Origin: Bacillota bacterium | Lineage (GTDB): Bacteria; Bacillota; DTU065 | Length of the DNA stretch: 64,000 nt | Assembly (NCBI GenBank): GCA_036721855.1 | Contig: DAIMKF010000006.1 | Span: 758 to 64,757, forward strand | Direction: 5' to 3' | Shown: positions 57,867 through 64,000 of the stretch, one piece after another | How the letters are laid out: every line of letters begins with the position of its first letter | Numbering within the stretch: the first letter of the stretch is position 1 | Translations under genes and position numbers: made by a program | Notes under the pieces: model-generated | The model's input: only the letters and a program-made list of their open reading frames with translations | The model's database searches: none | Told to the model about the DNA's origin: nothing

Positions 57867-58610
57867 TTAAATGTTAGCCATCTCATTAATTAACTTCCCT
57901 AGAGTTTCGTTTTGGGCTTGAATCACTTTTTGCTCGGATTCATAAGTTCTCATCAGATTGATCATTGCCACCATCTCTTCAATAATGTTAACATTTGATC
58001 GCTCTAATGCGCCTTGAATAACTTCCGGTTTTGTATCTAAAACCTCTCCCGGTTCCGTCACTATAAATCTGCTGTTTCCCTCTTTAAGAAGAGCAGATGG
58101 AGTGTAGTTAACTAAAAGAAGCTTGTCCACAAATATGCTGCCTTGAAAAATACTGCCGTCTGCCAAGACTTTGAGCGTTTCACCGTTAGGATCGATCTTG
58201 ATAAAACCATTTTCACCTAACAATAAATCCCCATTCATATTAGTCAGATATCCTTCTTTGTCCAAACGAAAGTTGCCTTGGCGAGTAATTCTTCTGCCTA
58301 CCAGAGTCTCAAGAACAAAAAATCCATCCCCTTCTAAGGCTAGATCTAAAGCACTGTTTGTGGTTTCAATCATGCCGGGGGTCATTTTAATCGGAATATC
58401 ACAAACACCTGCACCTAGATTTGTCTGCCCAATGGCTTTACTTTGACCTTTGTACAGACATCTCATAAGTACTTCAGGGAAGGTCTGTCCTATAACCAAA
58501 TCCTTTTTATAACCTATAGTATTCGCATTGGCCAAGTTATTGCTTATTACCTGGTGTCTGATTTCATCTGTTAACATTCCCGAGGCTGATATATATAAAC
58601 CTCTTAGCAA
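57867..58610 (-). CDS. flgF: Flagellar proximal rod protein (FlgF/FlhO-like)
   Basis: MLRGLYISASGMLTDE...ISNNLANANTIGYK and C-terminal LERSNVNIIEEMVAMINLMRTYE. TTG start with a GGGGAGGTGGAG RBS. Confidence 0.8.
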   Translation of the reverse strand: MLRGLYISASGMLTDEIRHQVISNNLANANTIGYKKDLVIGQTFPEVLMRCLYKGQSKAIGQTNLGAGVCDIPIKMTPGMIETTNSALDLALEGDGFFVLETLVGRRITRQGNFRLDKEGYLTNMNGDLLLGENGFIKIDPNGETLKVLADGSIFQGSIFVDKLLLVNYTPSALLKEGNSRFIVTEPGEVLDTKPEVIQGALERSNVNIIEEMVAMINLMRTYESEQKVIQAQNETLGKLINEMANI

Positions 58611-58749
58611 ATCTCCACCTCCCCTGTGGTTTTAAAATAGTAGCCGTTTTCTATCTATTTTTTCTGATATAGCTTGTTTTTTAAAGTTTTTCCACATAAG
58701 CCGTTTTATTCCTGCTTATTTCCTGAATAATAGGCATAAAGAACTATGT

Positions 58750-59016
58750 TTATCTGTAGCTTTGTCTGCGTTTATTAATATACTTTTTTTTAGTGGCTTC
58801 GCCTCCGCGAATATGGCGTTCGGCTTTATTATGCGCTAATACCTGTGAAACTTCTAGATACAACGATTTATTAATCTTTTCTAAACGTTCGGTCACATCT
58901 TTGTGAACTGTTGATTTGCTAACATGAAAAACCTCAGCTGCTTGCCTGACTGTCTCACCTGTCTCCAAAAGATAAGACGCAATATCTAAGACTCTTGTTC
59001 TTATGTAGTCTTTCAT
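58750..59016 (-). CDS. spoIIID: Sporulation transcriptional regulator SpoIIID
   Basis: MKDYIRTRVLDIASYLLETGETVRQAAEVFHVSKSTVHKDVTERL...HIRGGEATKKKY is near-colinear with Bacillus SpoIIID (..FGVSKSTVHKDLTERL...RHLRGGEATK.KY). Confidence 0.92.
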   Translation of the reverse strand: MKDYIRTRVLDIASYLLETGETVRQAAEVFHVSKSTVHKDVTERLEKINKSLYLEVSQVLAHNKAERHIRGGEATKKKYINKRRQSYR

Positions 59017-59046
59017 TAATAAAACCCCCTGCCCTTCAATTAGTAA

Positions 59047-59074
59047 TCTATATGAAGAGCAGTGGGCTAATATG
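59047..59074 (-). promoter_or_regulatory. Candidate sigma-E-type (mother-cell) promoter upstream of spoIIID
   Basis: Minus strand: GCATATT (the CATATT part spans 59069-59074), 14 nt, CATATAGA (59047-59054). The recalled sigma-E consensus is kmATATT ~14 nt CATACAhT. Confidence 0.35.
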
Positions 59075-59593
59075 CTATGGCTGTTTGTTAACTCTTGTTA
59101 ACGGATCGACCAAGGTTCCATAATAGGTTAAGCTCCAGTTAAGCTCATGACTGTAGGTATTTCCGATTACTTCACCTTGCTGAATCGTGCCTTCAAAATA
59201 ATCGGCTCTTGCCGGCCAGATTTGGCTTTGGTAACCTCCGCCATGATCAATAATAATTTTTTCTCCTACAGCGGTAATAGTTCCTGTATCAGGTGCGAGG
59301 ATCTCTTTTCCCTCTTCAAGCTTGTAAATCACAGCCGGAGAATAACGCCAAGTTTTTGTTTTTTCCAACTCCTGCCAACCAAATAAAGTTTGTGGGTTGT
59401 CTGTCACCGGGTCTATATAGCCCTTTGAGTTAACCTCTTTTATAGAAGGTGCTTCGGTAGGCTCCTCAAAAGGAGTGACCGGTCTGTTAAGACTTAGTCC
59501 TAGAGCAATCAGAAGAATTAAAGTTATGATAAATCCGCCGCGTTCCCACATCAGTTCTAACTGTTTTTTGATCTTTAGCAACAAAAAGACCAC
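59075..59593 (-). CDS. SpoIIQ-like membrane protein with a degenerate LytM/M23 domain
   Basis: N-terminal TM. LytM-fold pattern EILAPDTGTITAVGEKIIIDHGGGYQSQI...GTIQQGEVIGNT...LNWSLTYYGTLVDP, with the H...D and H.H metal ligands replaced. Immediately upstream of spoIIID, as I recall for clostridial spoIIQ. Confidence 0.45.
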   Translation of the reverse strand: MVFLLLKIKKQLELMWERGGFIITLILLIALGLSLNRPVTPFEEPTEAPSIKEVNSKGYIDPVTDNPQTLFGWQELEKTKTWRYSPAVIYKLEEGKEILAPDTGTITAVGEKIIIDHGGGYQSQIWPARADYFEGTIQQGEVIGNTYSHELNWSLTYYGTLVDPLTRVNKQP

Positions 59594-59631
59594 CTCCGGG
59601 CATAGTTTGCCCAGATGATGGTCTTTTTAAC

Positions 59632-60786
59632 TTATTCTACAATGTAGTCTTGAGGTTTTTCCAAACCTTGAAAATAAAATAACAGTGCTGCTTTAATTCT
59701 CTCACTGGCTTTACCGTCGCCGTATGGATTTGGTGCTTCTTTCATTAATTGATAGGCCGAAGGATTGTTAAGTAAAGCCTGGGTTTGAGAGATGATGTTT
59801 TTTCTGTTTGTACCTACTAATTTCAAAGTTCCTGTTCTAAGCCCTTCGGGACGCTCAGTGACCTCTCGCAAAACAAGTACCGGTACACCTAAAGCCGGGG
59901 CTTCTTCTTGTAGACCACCTGAATCTGTTAAAAGAAGGTGGGATCTAGCCATTAGATTAACCCATTCCTTGTATGCCGGTGGATTAATTAAATGAATACG
60001 CTTATTACCGGCTAAAATTCTTTGAGCCGTCTCTTTGACTTTTGGATTGGGATGGACGGAATAGACTAGTTCCACGTTTTCGTTTGTATTTACTATATCC
60101 AGCATGGCCCGGAAAATATCCTCCAGTGGTTTTCCTAGGTTTTCTCGGCGATGAGCTTCGCCTAAGATAATTTGCTTGGAAAAATCTAGCTTTTGTAGAA
60201 TCGGTTCGGTAAAAAGATAGTTTTTGTCTACTTGGGGTAAAAGAGCGTCGATGACGGTGTTGCCTGTAATAAAAACACACTCCGGTTTGACACCTTCTGA
60301 AAGCAAATTACCTTTTGCTCTAGCTGTCGGCGAAAAATGCAGATCAGCCATTGTTCCTGTTAGCCTGCGATTGATCTCTTCCGGAAAGGGCTCGGCTTTA
60401 TTAAAAGTTCTTAGACCAGCTTCAACATGTCCTATGGCTACCTGGTTATAAAAGGCAGTTAGTGAGGCGGCAAAAGTAGTAGTTGTATCGCCATGCACTA
60501 AAACAATATCTGGTTTTTCAGCGGCGAAAATAGTGTTTAAGCCTTCTAAAACTCTGGTGGTAATACCGGCTAGGCTCTGTCCTTTTTTCATGATATTTAA
60601 ATCATATTCCGGAGTTATCTCAAAAAGCTCAAGTACCTGGTCAAGCATATCTCGGTGTTGGGCTGTAACGGCTACTTTGACTTCAAAACTCGGATCATTT
60701 TTTAGTACCTTTACCAACGGAGCCATCTTGATCGCTTCCGGTCTGGTCCCAAAAACAAGCATCGCTTTGATCTTTTTTGTCGGCAA
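59632..60786 (-). CDS. wecB: UDP-N-acetylglucosamine 2-epimerase (non-hydrolysing)
   Basis: VFGTRPEAIKMAPLV, HGDTTTTFAASLTAFYNQVAIGHVEAGLRT, and LLLTDSGGLQEEAPALGVPVLVLRE. The TTG at 60786 has an AGGGGG RBS; the ORF opens at 60828. Confidence 0.88.
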   Translation of the reverse strand: MPTKKIKAMLVFGTRPEAIKMAPLVKVLKNDPSFEVKVAVTAQHRDMLDQVLELFEITPEYDLNIMKKGQSLAGITTRVLEGLNTIFAAEKPDIVLVHGDTTTTFAASLTAFYNQVAIGHVEAGLRTFNKAEPFPEEINRRLTGTMADLHFSPTARAKGNLLSEGVKPECVFITGNTVIDALLPQVDKNYLFTEPILQKLDFSKQIILGEAHRRENLGKPLEDIFRAMLDIVNTNENVELVYSVHPNPKVKETAQRILAGNKRIHLINPPAYKEWVNLMARSHLLLTDSGGLQEEAPALGVPVLVLREVTERPEGLRTGTLKLVGTNRKNIISQTQALLNNPSAYQLMKEAPNPYGDGKASERIKAALLFYFQGLEKPQDYIVE

Positions 60787-61804
60787 CTTGAAGCACCCCC
60801 TGTTTTGCAGCTTTGACTGTGACCACAACCAACACTGCTAATGTATAGATAAAGCCAACCTCCGGGCCAACACTAAATAATAAAACAGAACCTATGGCAA
60901 AAAGCAGATCAACAAGATACAAAAGCAGAACTGTTTTTCTTTGCCCGAAGCCTAAATGGAGCACACGGTGATGTAGATGGTCGCCATCGGCCTGATAAAC
61001 CGGCTGTCCCTGTTTTACTCTTCTAAAGATAGCAAACACCGTATCTAAAAGAGGCAGCCCCAAAGATAAAAGTGGTACGGCCAAAGTAACTGTTGCGGCG
61101 CCTTTTAGAGAGCCTTCAATAGCCAATGCACCTGTGATAAAACCTAGAAACAAAGCCCCGGAATCACCCATAAAGATACGTGCGGGGTAAAAATTATATG
61201 GTAAAAATCCTAAACAAGCACCTAAAACTGCACAGTTTAGAACCAATATAAACCAATCTAGTTTAAAACCGGTTAAAAGGATACAGGTCAACGAAGTTAT
61301 AGCAACTGTCCCGGCTGCAAGTCCATCAAGTCCATCAATGAGATTAACCATGTTAGTTATTCCCAATAACCACAAGATGGAAAGAGGTACACTTAAAAAA
61401 CCTAAAGAGACACTGCCGCCGGAAGGATTGGTTAAAAACTCAATTTTGGGACCTGTTACAACATATAGTGCTGTTACAAAAACCTGTCCCCAGAATTTTG
61501 TTTTTGGCGACAGAGCAAAAATATCGTCGATAACACCTAGCAAAAGCATGAGAAATGAAGCGAGATAAAGGGCGGTTAGATGGCGGAAGTTGGCCACGGG
61601 CCAACTTAAGTGGCTGGCAAATATAAAACCTGCAAAGATGGCCAGACCTCCTAAAGTAGGGACCGGTTCGTTGTTTACCCGGCGAGGCAAAGGCTTATCC
61701 TCAAAACCGGCTTTATGACTTATTAACCTAACCAGCGGTGTTAGGGTAAAAGTTGCTAAAAAAGCTATACCTAGAGCTTTCAGTCCTTGCCACATAAACC
61801 CCAC
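60695..61804 (-). CDS. Glycosyltransferase family 4 polyprenyl-phosphate HexNAc-1-P transferase (WecA/TagO-like)
   Basis: Multi-TM protein with VIDDIFALSP, NMVNLIDGLDGLAAG and IFMGDSGALFLGF, the MraY/WecA signatures. Confidence 0.85.
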   Translation of the reverse strand: MGFMWQGLKALGIAFLATFTLTPLVRLISHKAGFEDKPLPRRVNNEPVPTLGGLAIFAGFIFASHLSWPVANFRHLTALYLASFLMLLLGVIDDIFALSPKTKFWGQVFVTALYVVTGPKIEFLTNPSGGSVSLGFLSVPLSILWLLGITNMVNLIDGLDGLAAGTVAITSLTCILLTGFKLDWFILVLNCAVLGACLGFLPYNFYPARIFMGDSGALFLGFITGALAIEGSLKGAATVTLAVPLLSLGLPLLDTVFAIFRRVKQGQPVYQADGDHLHHRVLHLGFGQRKTVLLLYLVDLLFAIGSVLLFSVGPEVGFIYTLAVLVVVTVKAAKQGVLQVADKKDQSDACFWDQTGSDQDGSVGKGTKK

Positions 61805-61806
61805 CT

Positions 61807-62250
61807 CTACTCTAAGATATTGATTTTAACCCCTGCTTCATTTAATACTGAAAGTGCCAATTCATCTGGGTATAAACCCTTAAAAAATATCTCTTCTACA
61901 CCTGCGTTGATAAGCATTTTGGCACAAAGAACACATGGCCTTGTAGTGCAATATAGCACCGATCCTTTGGTTGATACCCCATGGAGTGCTGCCTGAATAA
62001 TAGCATTTTGTTCGGCGTGAACAGCACGACAAAGCTCCTGGCGTTGCCCCGAAGGAATACCTAGTTGTTCTCTAAGGCAGCCTGCATCAAGGCAGTGGCT
62101 TACCCCACTTGGGGCTCCATTATATCCTGTGCTTAGAATGCGTTTATCCCTAACAAGAACCGCTCCTACCTGTCGACGCAGGCAGGTGGAGCGGCTAGCT
62201 ACCAAGGTAGCAATTTTCATAAAATATTCATCCCAAGATGGCCTTTGCAT
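61807..62250 (-). CDS. Deoxycytidylate (dCMP) deaminase, ComEB-like
   Basis: [28 protein letters not shown], zinc motifs HAEQNAI and [14 protein letters not shown]. Confidence 0.88.
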   Translation of the reverse strand: MQRPSWDEYFMKIATLVASRSTCLRRQVGAVLVRDKRILSTGYNGAPSGVSHCLDAGCLREQLGIPSGQRQELCRAVHAEQNAIIQAALHGVSTKGSVLYCTTRPCVLCAKMLINAGVEEIFFKGLYPDELALSVLNEAGVKINILE

Positions 62251-62261
62251 AAAAGTACCTC

Positions 62262-63843
<1,582 letters not shown>

Positions 63844-63876
63844 AACTTATCCCTCCAAGCTTTCTCTTTTTATAGT

Positions 63877-64000
63877 CTAATTTCCTGCCAAAATTATCTG
63901 TCCACCACTTGCTCTTTTTAATCGATCATTAATAGCTACTGCTAAGCCTCCTCCGGAAATGGTCTCGGCAAAAATTACTTCAACCTCTGTACTGTCAAAA
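63877..64000 (-). CDS. C-terminal end of an L-threonylcarbamoyladenylate synthase (Sua5/YwlC-like); the 5' part lies beyond the window
   Basis: My translation gives ...FDSTEVEVIFAETISGGGLAVAINDRLKRASGGQIILAGN*. The G.G.A...RL.RA. ending resembles the Sua5 C-terminal domain. Its position upstream of ywlE/rpiB matches my recollection of Bacillus synteny. Confidence 0.45.
   Translation of the reverse strand, partial: FDSTEVEVIFAETISGGGLAVAINDRLKRASGGQIILAGN

Noticed and set aside
58611-58749. Sigma-D (flagellar) promoter upstream of flgF
   Set aside because: I looked for TAAA-N15-GCCGATAT and found only weak partial matches (for example AACGGCTAC), which are insufficient to call.

Overview
AT-rich bacterial chromosome segment. 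About 55 of 57 genes lie on the minus strand, and I saw no rRNA, tRNA, CRISPR array or transposase/integrase. The content points to a diderm (outer-membrane-bearing), sporulation-lineage Firmicute of the Halanaerobiales/Negativicutes type; I cannot name the species. Read along the minus strand (64000 to 1), the order starts with Sua5 (C-terminus), a fused LMW-phosphatase::RpiB, upp, dCMP deaminase, a WecA/TagO-like GT4 and WecB/MnaA. Next come a SpoIIQ-like degenerate LytM protein, spoIIID, flgF-flgG-flgA-flgH-flgI-flgJ(N), then a 730-bp ORF-free gap. An outer-membrane/LPS supercluster follows: S55 peptidase-tamB-bamA-skp, a giant anchored Skp paralog, lpxD and two small barrels. It continues with lptF/G-lptD-lptC-lptA-aminotransferase, an atypical ABC pair, and lpxC-fabZ-lpxA-lpxI-lpxB-lpxB-like-msbA-lpxB-related-lptB-lptF/G-DUF3084. 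After it come an SLH/coiled-coil/tail-anchored protein, a YqgF-like nuclease, a barrel, a secreted repeat protein and a 13-SLBB Wza-like exporter. The strand ends with a complete F-type ATP synthase operon (atpZ-I-B-E-F-H-A-G-D-C) and a purine permease. Only a secreted GH84 glycosidase and a TM2 protein are on the plus strand. The genes most worth follow-up are uncharacterised members of the OM cluster: (1) an ABC ATPase translationally coupled to a permease that stops right after the EAA coupling loop and carries a ~440-aa periplasmic domain; (2) an SLH + coiled-coil protein with a C-terminal alpha-helical anchor instead of an OmpM barrel; (3) a membrane-anchored Skp/OmpH paralog with a ~300-aa coiled-coil insertion; (4) a 1102-aa OPX protein built from a 663-bp higher-order repeat. 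Also notable are two extra LpxB-like paralogs and a c-subunit with a two-carboxylate Na+-type motif. All functional calls rest on by-eye motif recognition; no searches were run.
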